Assembly (NCBI GenBank): GCA_900552915.1
Contig: USBS01000001.1
Span: forward strand, 1-60,948
DNA: 60,948 bases
Source: an uncultured Sutterella sp.
GTDB taxonomy: Bacteria; Pseudomonadota; Gammaproteobacteria; Burkholderiales; Burkholderiaceae_F
Direction of reading: 5' to 3'
Below are positions 11,836-19,991 of the stretch, piece by piece. A program made the position numbers and the translations under genes. Below the pieces are notes generated by a model, which saw only the letters and a program-made list of their open reading frames with translations, ran no database searches and had not been told where the DNA came from. Numbering within the stretch: position 1 is the first letter of the stretch; each line of letters starts with the position of its first letter.

Positions 11836-11847
11836 GCGTGATTCCCG

Positions 11848-11924
11848 CGGGGTGTAGCGCAGCCCGGTAGCGCGCCTGCTTTGGGAGCAGGATGTCGGGA
11901 GTTCGAATCTCTTCACCCCGACCA
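11848..11924 (+). tRNA. tRNA-Pro(TGG)
   Basis: 77-nt cloverleaf, acceptor CGGGGTG/CACCCCG, anticodon loop TTTGGGA, CCA end. Confidence 0.97.
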
Positions 11925-11934
11925 CCGGACACCG

Positions 11935-12011
11935 CCGCCCGTAGCTCAGTTGGATAGAGCATCGGCCTTCTAAGCCGGCGGTCGCAGGTTCGATTCCTGC
12001 CGGGCGGGCCA
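11935..12011 (+). tRNA. tRNA-Arg(TCT)
   Basis: 77-nt cloverleaf, acceptor CCGCCCG/CGGGCGG, anticodon loop CTTCTAA, CCA end. Confidence 0.97.
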
Positions 12012-12022
12012 AAAATTCGGAT

Positions 12023-12099
12023 GGTGCGAATAGCTCAGTTGGTAGAGTCCCGGATTGTGATTCCGGTTGTCGTGGGTTCGAGTCCCATCTCCCACCCCA
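12023..12099 (+). tRNA. tRNA-His(GTG) with G-1 and two acceptor-stem mismatches
   Basis: Anticodon arm CCGGA-TTGTGAT-TCCGG, G-1:C73 pair, CCA; acceptor GTGCGAA vs CTCCCAC. Confidence 0.9.
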
Positions 12100-12105
12100 G
12101 AATTC

Positions 12106-12136
12106 AAACCTCCAGCTCCCGTAGCTGGAGGTTTTT
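12106..12136 (+). terminator. Terminator-like hairpin between tRNA-His and tRNA-Leu
   Basis: AAACCTCCAGCT / AGCTGGAGGTTTTT. Confidence 0.7.
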
Positions 12137-12149
12137 CAAAATCAGAATA

Positions 12150-12234
12150 GCCCGGGTGGCGGAATGGTAGACGCAGAGGATTCAAAATCCTCCGCCTAAT
12201 AAGCGTGAGAGTTCGAGTCTCTCCTCGGGCACCA
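12150..12234 (+). tRNA. tRNA-Leu(CAA)
   Basis: 85-nt tRNA with long variable arm, anticodon arm GAGGA-TTCAAAA-TCCTC, CCA end. Confidence 0.96.
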
Positions 12235-12241
12235 TTCAAGG

Positions 12242-12272
12242 ACCTCTTGCAGCGAACTGCAGGAGGTTTTTT
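12242..12272 (+). terminator. Intrinsic terminator after tRNA-Leu
   Basis: ACCTCTTGCAG / CTGCAGGAGGT stem plus T-tract. Confidence 0.8.
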
Positions 12273-12325
12273 CTTTTTGTTGCAATTGAAGTGGTATGGA
12301 TTTTTTGGACACATGGAGTCCAAAC

Positions 12326-12933
12326 ATGTATCACATACCACAAGAGATCAGACAACAAGCCTGTGAGGGGCTTTTGCATTTCTACCCCAAAAAGACGCTG
12401 GCCCGAGAACTAGGGGTCTCGGTTGGAGCAATTCAAGCATGGGCAATTTTCACTAACAATGGCTTCTTCGATTGGGTAAGCAATCGCGTGGTTAGCCAGC
12501 GTAAAGAGCTCCTTCACCAAGCGGTCGATTACTGGTTTGCTCAATATCCGATTGGTTACACCGATGTGGCCAAACAATTCGGCATTAGGCCAAGCACACT
12601 CTATGCCACCATTCAGCGAGCTGTTGCTAGACTCCGGAACAGTTGCGCCCAAAACGCATTCGTTTCTGGGACGCTCAGACAACAACAGCTCCAGGAAAAT
12701 TCAAGATGGCCGTCGAGAAACTTTCGGATATCCCAGCCGATCGCCCGTTAACCACTGCCGAAAGAAAGGCGCTTTTTGAAGAACTCAAGGATGCCAAAAC
12801 CCGTTTGGTTTGCGCGGAATCTTTGTTGGAAGTCGCCGTAGAGAGCTGCAAAGACGAGCTCAAAAAAAAAGAGTTGCAGCGGCAGTTAGAGCTCACGAGA
12901 AAGGCTTTGAAATCGCTCGGATCTGTCGGGTGA
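12326..12933 (+). pseudogene. IS3 OrfA (tandem HTH plus coiled coil), split by an apparent 1-bp deletion near 12634
   Basis: HTH-like segments (KKTLARELGVSVGAI; YTDVAKQFGIRPSTL) in one frame continue as LRPKRIRF...KDELKKK in another; adding one C at CTCCGG joins them. Confidence 0.65.
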
Positions 12934-13775
12934 TGGAAATCCCAAGAAGTACGTTCTACGCCACGCAGGAAACGACTCCGAAGCAAGTCAAGGATGAAGC
13001 ACTCGTCAAACAAATCAAAGAGATTCAAAACGAGTACTTCTTCACGATCGGACGCCGTCGAATGGGAACATTGCTCAAGCGACGCTTTGGGATTACCGTT
13101 TGCGAAACGACGCTGCAGCGATTGATGAGCCGCCATGGCCTGACAGCCCGAATCCGACAGGTGCGCAAGGCAAAGCCGCACGCAGGAAAAGCTACCCAAC
13201 AGCAGCTCCCCGACAATTTGCTCGACCGTAAGTTTCAGGCCGACAAGCCGTTGCACCGAATGGTGACGGATGTGACATATGTGCCGTACTTCGAAAACGG
13301 AGAGTGGCACTGGGGATACCTGGCGTTGGTACAGGATTTGTTTGATCGCTCCATTGTCGCCTGGGCCTATTCCAAGAAGCAGGATATTCGCCTGGCGATC
13401 GCGACGTTGCAAATCCTGTCGTTCCGCGGACTGGCCTCGGGTGCCATGCTTCATAGCGATCGAGGGAGCATCTACACGGCCAACATCTTCAGAGACTTGG
13501 CCGCGAAAATTGGGCTGACACAGAGCTATTCACGTACGGCAAACTGCTATGACAACGCGACGATGGAGTGCTTCAACGGTACGTTCAAGGTAGAAGCTCT
13601 GTACAACCCGCTGTTGCGTCTGGAAAAGCCAAGCTTCAGAGAGCAGAACGAGTTCATCGACCGCTACATCAAGTTCTACAACAAGGAGCGGCCCTGTTCG
13701 GTGATCGGGAATCTGACACCGGAGGAATATCGACAGAGTTACCTGGAGCAGAAAGGCCAGAGTATCGACGTGTAG
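12861..13775 (+). CDS. IS3 OrfB DDE transposase, reached by -1 frameshift
   Basis: VTDVTY, LHSDRGSIY and DNATMECF (D, D, E), plus YNKERP; -1 frame relative to OrfA at the A9G run. Confidence 0.9.
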   Translation, partial: QKKRVAAAVRAHEKGFEIARICRVMEIPRSTFYATQETTPKQVKDEALVKQIKEIQNEYFFTIGRRRMGTLLKRRFGITVCETTLQRLMSRHGLTARIRQVRKAKPHAGKATQQQLPDNLLDRKFQADKPLHRMVTDVTYVPYFENGEWHWGYLALVQDLFDRSIVAWAYSKKQDIRLAIATLQILSFRGLASGAMLHSDRGSIYTANIFRDLAAKIGLTQSYSRTANCYDNATMECFNGTFKVEALYNPLLRLEKPSFREQNEFIDRYIKFYNKERPCSVIGNLTPEEYRQSYLEQKGQSIDV

Positions 13776-14263
13776 AGCGTATGGCGGGTCAAGCCTGCAG
13801 CGCCATTTAATGGAGGGGACCCGCCGCAGCATGCGGTGGGGCGTAGGCCGTTCATTGGCGCGAAACGGCTTGACGCGCCGAAAGATCGCAAAATCGCGGC
13901 GCAGCCGGGGAAAGAAACATCTTTCCCCGGACTGCCCAGCGGCGAGCGATCAATAGGCGATCCTCGATCGCTTTGCCGAGTGTTTCACTGGAGAAAAATT
14001 TCTCGAAATTTCACCTTAAAATTCGTCCCCTGAATCTGTCCAGAATTCCGATACCAGTTCATTCCGACTGCAGTTTTTGGAACTTTCAAAATTCAGGCTA
14101 GGCTGAGCGCTACGGAACTTACACCGCTTGTGCTCCTACGAAGCCTCTCAGATCAGTTTGCAAACTGCGCAAATCAGCTTTGTGCAAAACGCTTAAATTC
14201 CGTGCTTTGACACTCCTAGAATAGGTTGATACTCCGTTTTGGAGTCAATCAAGGAGAGACAAA

Positions 14264-15100
14264 ATGCAAATCAAGACAATGCTCGCGGGGCTAGCCGCTG
14301 TATGTGCGCTTTCGATGAGTGCCGCCTACGCCGGCGACAACTACTCTGTCGAACCTGCAGTCAAAAGCCTCAAATCCGTGCCGCAGCGCATTCTTCTGGT
14401 CGGCAACTCGTTCATGTACTACAACTGCGGCGTCAACGGCTACATCAGCGGTTTTGCCAAGGCGCAGAAGCAAAAACTTGCCACCTCGATGGTGACAATC
14501 GGAGGTGCCGGCTTGGATTGGCACGATGTCAAGAGCTATCTTCGTCCGAATGCCATTGCAAGCTACACGACCTTAAACGACGGCAGCAACAAACTGTCGT
14601 TTAACAACTACCCGGGCGGCAAGATTTTCGATGTGGTCGTACTGCAGGACAACAGCCAAGGCCCGACTCACCCGGAACTCAAAAAGTTCTTCAAGAAATA
14701 CGCGGCCATCCACAGCAAAGACATTCGCGCCAAGGGATCGGAACCCGTATTCCTCATGACCTGGGCTTACAAGGGGCGTCCTGAAATGACCAAGCAGCTT
14801 GCCGATGCCACAATTTCAGTTGCCAACGAAAACAACGCGATGGTCATTCCCGTTGGACTAGCCTTTGCCAAAGCCACCGAAAAGCGTCCGCAGTTAAGCC
14901 TCATCGTCGCTGACAATCGTCATCCGACGGCTGCAGGTTCCTACCTTGAAGCTGCAGTGATCTACGCGTCTCTTACACGCAAGTCTCCCGTGGGTGCCGA
15001 CTTCCTTGGCGGCTGTGAAAAGCCTCTGAAGGCAGAAGATGCCAAATTCCTGCAGGAAACAGCTTGGGAGACAGTGAAAAGCTTCTACTCGATGAAGTGA
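14264..15100 (+). CDS. Exported SGNH/GDSL-like hydrolase (DUF4886-like)
   Basis: Sec signal ending AAYA; block I LLVGNSF; block V DNRHP; RBS AAGGAG. Confidence 0.7.
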   Translation: MQIKTMLAGLAAVCALSMSAAYAGDNYSVEPAVKSLKSVPQRILLVGNSFMYYNCGVNGYISGFAKAQKQKLATSMVTIGGAGLDWHDVKSYLRPNAIASYTTLNDGSNKLSFNNYPGGKIFDVVVLQDNSQGPTHPELKKFFKKYAAIHSKDIRAKGSEPVFLMTWAYKGRPEMTKQLADATISVANENNAMVIPVGLAFAKATEKRPQLSLIVADNRHPTAAGSYLEAAVIYASLTRKSPVGADFLGGCEKPLKAEDAKFLQETAWETVKSFYSMK

Positions 15101-15425
15101 TTCCGTTACCAAAGAGATGACAGCGCTGCACCGTGCTAGCACCTCCAAGGAGATGGGCGAAGTGCTTCGAACTTTCATCGCCTTCCCTCCTTAGAAAAGA
15201 CGGAAGGCCCTTTCCGTTGACGCGGATTGGGCCTTTACCTTTGTTGGCTTTCGCGCTAACCCTGTAGGCCGTCCCTCGTTAGGTGTTCGAACGAGAGGCT
15301 TCTTATCCCCACTTCTCAACCGCTGCACCGTTCTAGCGGAACAGTTTTTTACCCATCGGCCACCTTGCTTGCTGGCATTTGCACACCCGACAAGCAGCCC
15401 CCCGACAAGCTAAAGTTTTGCCGGT

Positions 15426-16511
15426 CTAGTGAACAGCAATCGTTTTTACTTGGGCCCAGACTTCCATTCCAGGTTCAAGCTGTAGTTCATGCGCGGCACG
15501 CCCAGTGAGTTCCGCCATGATCGCGGCACCTTGTGACTCTACTTCCACAACTTTGCGGCTTACGTCCGCCCCATCCTGAATGGCTGTTATTCGACAGGCA
15601 AACACATTCTGAATACTTGTCTGCGAAGGCTTCTCCACAGAAAGCGACACGTCGTCGGCATTGATCATCAGGCGCACACTGCTGCCGATCGCGCCGCCCG
15701 TGTCCCGCACCCAGAAATGCATGCCGCCGCTCACAACCTTCATGAGTCCCCAAGCCGAATCCCGCTCCCGGACACTGCCGAGCACCAAAAGCGATCGTCC
15801 GGCCTTACGGCCCTTATTTTGCATCAGACGTAGCCATGCTTCGGCAACAGGACCGCTGTCGACAAGCTTGCCGTCGTCAATGACGGCCAATCGGTCGGCC
15901 AACCGCATCACTTCTTCTTCCGAATGCGTTACGTACAGTATCGGCAGATTGAGTTCGGTCTTGAGACGATCGATCCAAGGCATGATTTCCAGACGACGCG
16001 CATGATCCAGCGCCGCCAACGGCTCATCCATGAACAACGCAGTGGGCTTGATCGCCAATGACCGCGCAATGGCGCAACGCTGGCGTTCGCCACCGGAAAG
16101 TTCCGATGTACGGCGTTGCAAAAGATGCCCGATGCCGAGAAGCTCGACCGCATCGTCGAGCCTTTTTTCGCCGTCCTTGTCAGAAATGCGCTTGAGTCCG
16201 TAGCGCAGATTCTCCCGTACGTTCAGGTGGTCAAAGAGGCTCGCCTCTTGAAAGACATAGCCGATGCGGCGCTGATAAGTCGGCACGAAGATTTTCTTTT
16301 CATCATCCTGCCAAACCTGCCCAGCAACGCGGACATAACCTTGTGCCCGTTCAAGTCCCGCCGCGCTTCTCAAAATCGTCGTCTTGCCGCAGCCTGAAAC
16401 ACCGAAAAGCACCATTACGCCGCCCGAAGGGATCTTCAAGTCCACATCAAGCGCAAAGCCGGTGCTTCGCGCAAGCGTCAAACGGATGCGATCGTCACAG
16501 TTTTCGGTCAT
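15426..16511 (-). CDS. modC: Molybdate ABC transporter ATPase
   Basis: GVSGCGKTT, LSGGERQR, C-terminal TOBE domain (TSIQN); follows modB. Confidence 0.93.
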   Translation of the reverse strand: MTENCDDRIRLTLARSTGFALDVDLKIPSGGVMVLFGVSGCGKTTILRSAAGLERAQGYVRVAGQVWQDDEKKIFVPTYQRRIGYVFQEASLFDHLNVRENLRYGLKRISDKDGEKRLDDAVELLGIGHLLQRRTSELSGGERQRCAIARSLAIKPTALFMDEPLAALDHARRLEIMPWIDRLKTELNLPILYVTHSEEEVMRLADRLAVIDDGKLVDSGPVAEAWLRLMQNKGRKAGRSLLVLGSVRERDSAWGLMKVVSGGMHFWVRDTGGAIGSSVRLMINADDVSLSVEKPSQTSIQNVFACRITAIQDGADVSRKVVEVESQGAAIMAELTGRAAHELQLEPGMEVWAQVKTIAVH

Positions 16512-16560
16512 GGTTCGGAGTCAAAACAAAGGGAAAAAATCTGTTTCATGCCGCAACGCA

Positions 16561-17253
16561 TCAGACAGGCGTAGCAGAAACATTCGCAACCTTGGCTCGG
16601 CGGTTAAAAAGCGTCACGAAAAGCAGCACCAGGAAGGAGAATACAAGCATGCCGCCCGCCAGCCAATGAGCATTGTCGTACTCCATGGCTTCCACAAACG
16701 TATAGATCTCGGTCGAAACCACCTGAGTCTTGCCGGGAATGTTGCCGCCGATCATCAGCACAACACCGAATTCGCCGATGGTGTGCGCAAACGTAAGCAC
16801 CATAGCTGTCAGAAATCCAGGTCGAGCAAGCGGGATAACCACAGAGAAGAATGCGTCAAGCGGCTTGGCGCCGAGCGTAGCCGCTACTTCCATCGGTCGC
16901 TTGCCGATGGACTCAAACACCCCCTGCAAAGGTTGGACAGCAAAGGGTAGAGAATAGATGATGGATCCCACAACCAGCCCCGAGAAATTAAAGGTCATCA
17001 GACCCAGTCCCAGAGACTGCGTGAGCTGGCCGATGGGGCCGTGCGGCCCCATCGCAACCAGAATGTAAAAGCCAAGCACGGACGGCGGCAGCACCAAAGG
17101 CAACGTCACCACAGCGCCAATAGGCGCGCGCCAGGCGCTTTTTGTGCGCGCAAGCCACCAGGCAAGCGGCGTAGCAATCACCAAAAGAAACGCTGTCGTA
17201 ACCGCGGCAAGCTTAAGGCTCAGCCAGACGGGTTCAAGTGATATGTCGTCCAT
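16561..17253 (-). CDS. modB: Molybdate ABC transporter permease
   Basis: LPLVLPPSVLGF, FAHTIGEFGVVLMIGGNIPG. Confidence 0.95.
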   Translation of the reverse strand: MDDISLEPVWLSLKLAAVTTAFLLVIATPLAWWLARTKSAWRAPIGAVVTLPLVLPPSVLGFYILVAMGPHGPIGQLTQSLGLGLMTFNFSGLVVGSIIYSLPFAVQPLQGVFESIGKRPMEVAATLGAKPLDAFFSVVIPLARPGFLTAMVLTFAHTIGEFGVVLMIGGNIPGKTQVVSTEIYTFVEAMEYDNAHWLAGGMLVFSFLVLLFVTLFNRRAKVANVSATPV

Positions 17254-17291
17254 CTATATGCGTGCTTGGATTCATTGAGGCGAAAGCAAAA

Positions 17292-18044
17292 TTACTTGTC
17301 GCCGTAGCCGTAGTCAAGCTTGACCTTGGCAGCTTCCGGTCCCTGCAGGAACTTCAGGAAGGCCTTGGCAGCATCCTGATTCTTGCCCTGCTTCAGGAGC
17401 ACGGCGTCCTGGGCAATCTTGCCGTAGAGGTCAGCCGGAACAACCCAGCCGGAACCCGAGGTGATCTTGCCGTTCTTGTAGACCTGGCTCAGAGCCACAA
17501 AACCGATATCGGCATTGGCAGTCTTCACAAAGTTGAACGTCTTGCCGATGTTATCGCCTTCGACAAACTTCGGCTTCACCTGATCAAGAAGCTTCAGAGA
17601 GGTCATTGTTTCGTAGGCTGCCAGCCCGTAGGGAGCGAGCTTGGGATTGGCAACGGCGCACTTATTGAAGTCACCCGAAGCCAGAAGCGCCTTGCCGTCC
17701 TTGATCTTGCCTGCGTCCGAGCTCCACAGCACGAGCTTGCCGACCGCATAGGTAAAGCTCGAGCCGGCCACGCCGTAACCTTCGTCAATCGCCTTCTTCG
17801 GCGTCTTGGCGTCGGCAGCAAGCAGAACATCATAGGTGGCGCCGTTCTTGATCTGACCGTAGAACATACCGGTCGAACCGAAGCTCAGAATAAGCTTATG
17901 TCCGGTCTGCTTTTCAAAGATCGGAGCAAGCTCCTTGGCAGGAGCCGTAAAGTTGGCGGCAACCGCCACCTGCACTTCCGCGGCGCTCACGCCCACGACG
18001 GTTCCGAGCAACGCAACTGCAACCGCGGTCTTGACAAATTTCAT
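17292..18044 (-). CDS. modA: Molybdate-binding periplasmic protein
   Basis: Signal peptide, VAVAANF, SFGSTG, ANPKLAPYG; start MKFVKT with GAGGAG RBS. Confidence 0.93.
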   Translation of the reverse strand: MKFVKTAVAVALLGTVVGVSAAEVQVAVAANFTAPAKELAPIFEKQTGHKLILSFGSTGMFYGQIKNGATYDVLLAADAKTPKKAIDEGYGVAGSSFTYAVGKLVLWSSDAGKIKDGKALLASGDFNKCAVANPKLAPYGLAAYETMTSLKLLDQVKPKFVEGDNIGKTFNFVKTANADIGFVALSQVYKNGKITSGSGWVVPADLYGKIAQDAVLLKQGKNQDAAKAFLKFLQGPEAAKVKLDYGYGDK

Positions 18045-18139
18045 GTTGTTCTCCTCAATACACAAAACAAACCGTCGGCTCTGCAAAATCATTGCGGTGT
18101 CAGAGCAACCGACGGCCATTCAAACTTTGAATAACGCAA

Positions 18140-18162
18140 CGTTATCATATTTTTGAATAACG
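18140..18162. promoter_or_regulatory. Candidate ModE operator
   Basis: Inverted repeat CGTTAT-N11-ATAACG between divergent modA and modE. Confidence 0.55.
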
Positions 18163-18274
18163 AAATATCGCTCCGACAAAAAGCAAGTTTCAGCAAACTT
18201 ACTTTTCCGCAAATGGCCTACTTCGAAGCTCTCCTGTCTTAAACTAGCGCTGTTAACCACAAGGAAGTCCCGAC

Positions 18275-19078
18275 ATGACATCAGCCGACGCCGAAAACTT
18301 CAACGAAAATCCGTCTCAATTGGTCGCAGCTCCGATTGCGCTTACCCGTCAGCTCGAACAGCTCGTCGACAAGCGCATCAATATCCTGCGTCGCATTCAC
18401 GAAACGGGGTCCATTTCGGAAGCGGCTCGTTTATCGAACGTGTCCTACAAGGCGGCTTGGCAGGCCCTCGAAACGCTTGCCAATCTCGCCGGCGTCCCTC
18501 TGGTGGAAAAAGAGGTCGGAGGCAGCAAAGGCGGCGGAACGAAGCTCACTGCCGCGGGCCTCACCGTGCTTGAACTTTCCGAAAAACTCACGCAAGCCCG
18601 CGAAGCCGTGCTTATGGAATTCGCCTCCCGCGTCACGCCCGAACTCGTGCCGCTGAGCTCTGCGACGCTTCGTACTTCGATGCGCAATCAATTTCCCGTC
18701 ACAATCATGCACATCGCCCGCGGCCCCGCTCTTGTACGCGTGTCCATGCGCATTGACGAAAGCAATTCGCTCAAAGCCACGCTGACTCAAGAAAGCGCCC
18801 AGCTTCTCGGGCTCGGTCAAAACGAAAAAGCGCTTGCTCTATTCAAGGCAACAAGCGTCGAAATCGCACATCGAGTCGAACCGATCAAAGGCTCGAGCGT
18901 TGTCTCGGGTACCGTCATCCGCAGTGCGCGTCAGGATAAAGGCGGTGAAATCACGCTACGCTTGGCCGGCGGTACGTCTCTTGTGGGCTTTGCCCGCGCC
19001 GGACACGGCTTAAAGCTCGGCGACTATGCTGAAGCCTTGGTACCGGCCCAGACCGTGGTCGTCGCGCAGATTGCCTAG
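18275..19078 (+). CDS. modE: Molybdenum-responsive regulator ModE
   Basis: wHTH GSISEAARLSNVSYKAAW, GGSKGGGT, TSMRNQF and two TOBE domains. Confidence 0.92.
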   Translation: MTSADAENFNENPSQLVAAPIALTRQLEQLVDKRINILRRIHETGSISEAARLSNVSYKAAWQALETLANLAGVPLVEKEVGGSKGGGTKLTAAGLTVLELSEKLTQAREAVLMEFASRVTPELVPLSSATLRTSMRNQFPVTIMHIARGPALVRVSMRIDESNSLKATLTQESAQLLGLGQNEKALALFKATSVEIAHRVEPIKGSSVVSGTVIRSARQDKGGEITLRLAGGTSLVGFARAGHGLKLGDYAEALVPAQTVVVAQIA

Positions 19079-19180
19079 GCCAAGACGAACGATTGAGCAG
19101 GCCGCTCTCCAGAAAAGGCTCGTTATTCCGTTCAAACATAGGTAGGAGCGCCTAGCTACACAACAGGCCAAACCTGAAAT

Positions 19181-19194
19181 TTGACGTAAATCAA
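19181..19194 (+). promoter_or_regulatory. FNR-type box upstream of the NapC/NirT gene
   Basis: TTGAC-GTAA-ATCAA (one mismatch to TTGAT-N4-ATCAA); TATGAT -10 candidate at 19238-19243. Confidence 0.65.
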
Positions 19195-19396
19195 ACCAAA
19201 ACCCGCTCTCCGGCTTCAGGTTTGGTTAAGCGAGGTTTATGATTGCGGCCTAACCCTAACCTCGCGGTCGAATGTCCTTGTCCTACCTCACTCTGCGGAC
19301 AACATTCCTTAAGCACCGCAGAGACTTCGCCGTCGACGATAAAACCAGAACTTCAGACGGCGATGCTGCAAGGAAAATCAACAAGGAGGATTTCAG

Positions 19397-19960
19397 ATGT
19401 CTAACAACAAAAACGGCAAGTGGTATGCAGCCGGCCTCGTTTTGGTCGGCGCCGTGATCGGCGTGGCCCTCGTGAGCGCCGGTACGTCCGTCGTTCATTG
19501 GTCGGGCTCCACTCAGTTCTGCGGTACGTTCTGCCACTCGATGGACGCTGCCTACGCTTCCTACAAGAAGGGCCAGCACGCCCAGACCAATTCGGGCTTC
19601 AAGGCCGAATGCGTAGACTGCCACCTGAAGTATGAGTCCGTGCACTCCATCAGCCAGGCTCAGGTTGTCGGCCTGCTCTGGCACAAGGCCGTTTCCGGAA
19701 CCAATTCTCTGTGGGGCGAAATCCGCGGTACGCTCAACACGCCCGAAAAGCAGATTGAAAAACGCGGCGAAATGGCCGAAGCCGTCCAGAAGTGGATGCT
19801 CTCCGTCGACTACATCACCTGCCGCGGCTGCCACGATGTCGGCAACATGAAGGTCAACCCGGCCAAGCCCATGGTGGCTCCGATGCACAAGGCCTTTGCC
19901 GAACAGCCCAAGACCGACTGCGTGGCCTGCCACACGACCGCCGGCCACAAGTACGAATAA
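19397..19960 (+). CDS. NapC/NirT-family membrane-anchored tetraheme cytochrome c
   Basis: N-terminal TM helix; CGTFCHSM, CVDCH, CRGCH and CVACH heme motifs. Confidence 0.92.
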   Translation: MSNNKNGKWYAAGLVLVGAVIGVALVSAGTSVVHWSGSTQFCGTFCHSMDAAYASYKKGQHAQTNSGFKAECVDCHLKYESVHSISQAQVVGLLWHKAVSGTNSLWGEIRGTLNTPEKQIEKRGEMAEAVQKWMLSVDYITCRGCHDVGNMKVNPAKPMVAPMHKAFAEQPKTDCVACHTTAGHKYE

Positions 19961-19991
19961 TTCGTACGCCGGTTGACAACTCGGCTTTCCG

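Larger units (their letters stand above)
12287..14061 (+). mobile_element. IS3-family insertion sequence, about 1775 bp
   Basis: TG...CA ends; IRL TGAAGTGGTATGGATTTTTTTGGACA vs IRR (reverse complement) TGAACTGGTATCGGAATTCTGGACA; orfA/orfB with an A9G slippery run and a DDE transposase. Confidence 0.88.

Noticed and set aside
11618..11962. N-terminal extension of the trpC ORF across the tRNA genes
   Set aside because: It is the antisense of tRNA-Pro/Arg and their promoter; TrpC homology begins at MADILEKI (11617)
11970..12341. 123-aa minus-strand ORF over the tRNA cluster
   Set aside because: Antisense translation of tRNA-Arg, tRNA-His and tRNA-Leu
13836..14033. 65-aa ORF in the IS right end as a passenger gene
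   Set aside because: GTG start, no convincing RBS or motif; the region is better explained by RNA or DNA structure
15124..15337. Direct-repeat pair as a minimal CRISPR array
   Set aside because: Only two 17-bp copies, a 180-bp spacer and no cas genes in the window
12235..15425. Possible prophage or integrative island at tRNA-Leu
   Set aside because: No integrase or phage genes, and I saw no duplicated tRNA 3' end downstream; only an IS and one hydrolase gene
18045..18274. Moco riboswitch upstream of modA
   Set aside because: No recognisable conserved fold; a ModE regulator and operator-like dyad explain the control
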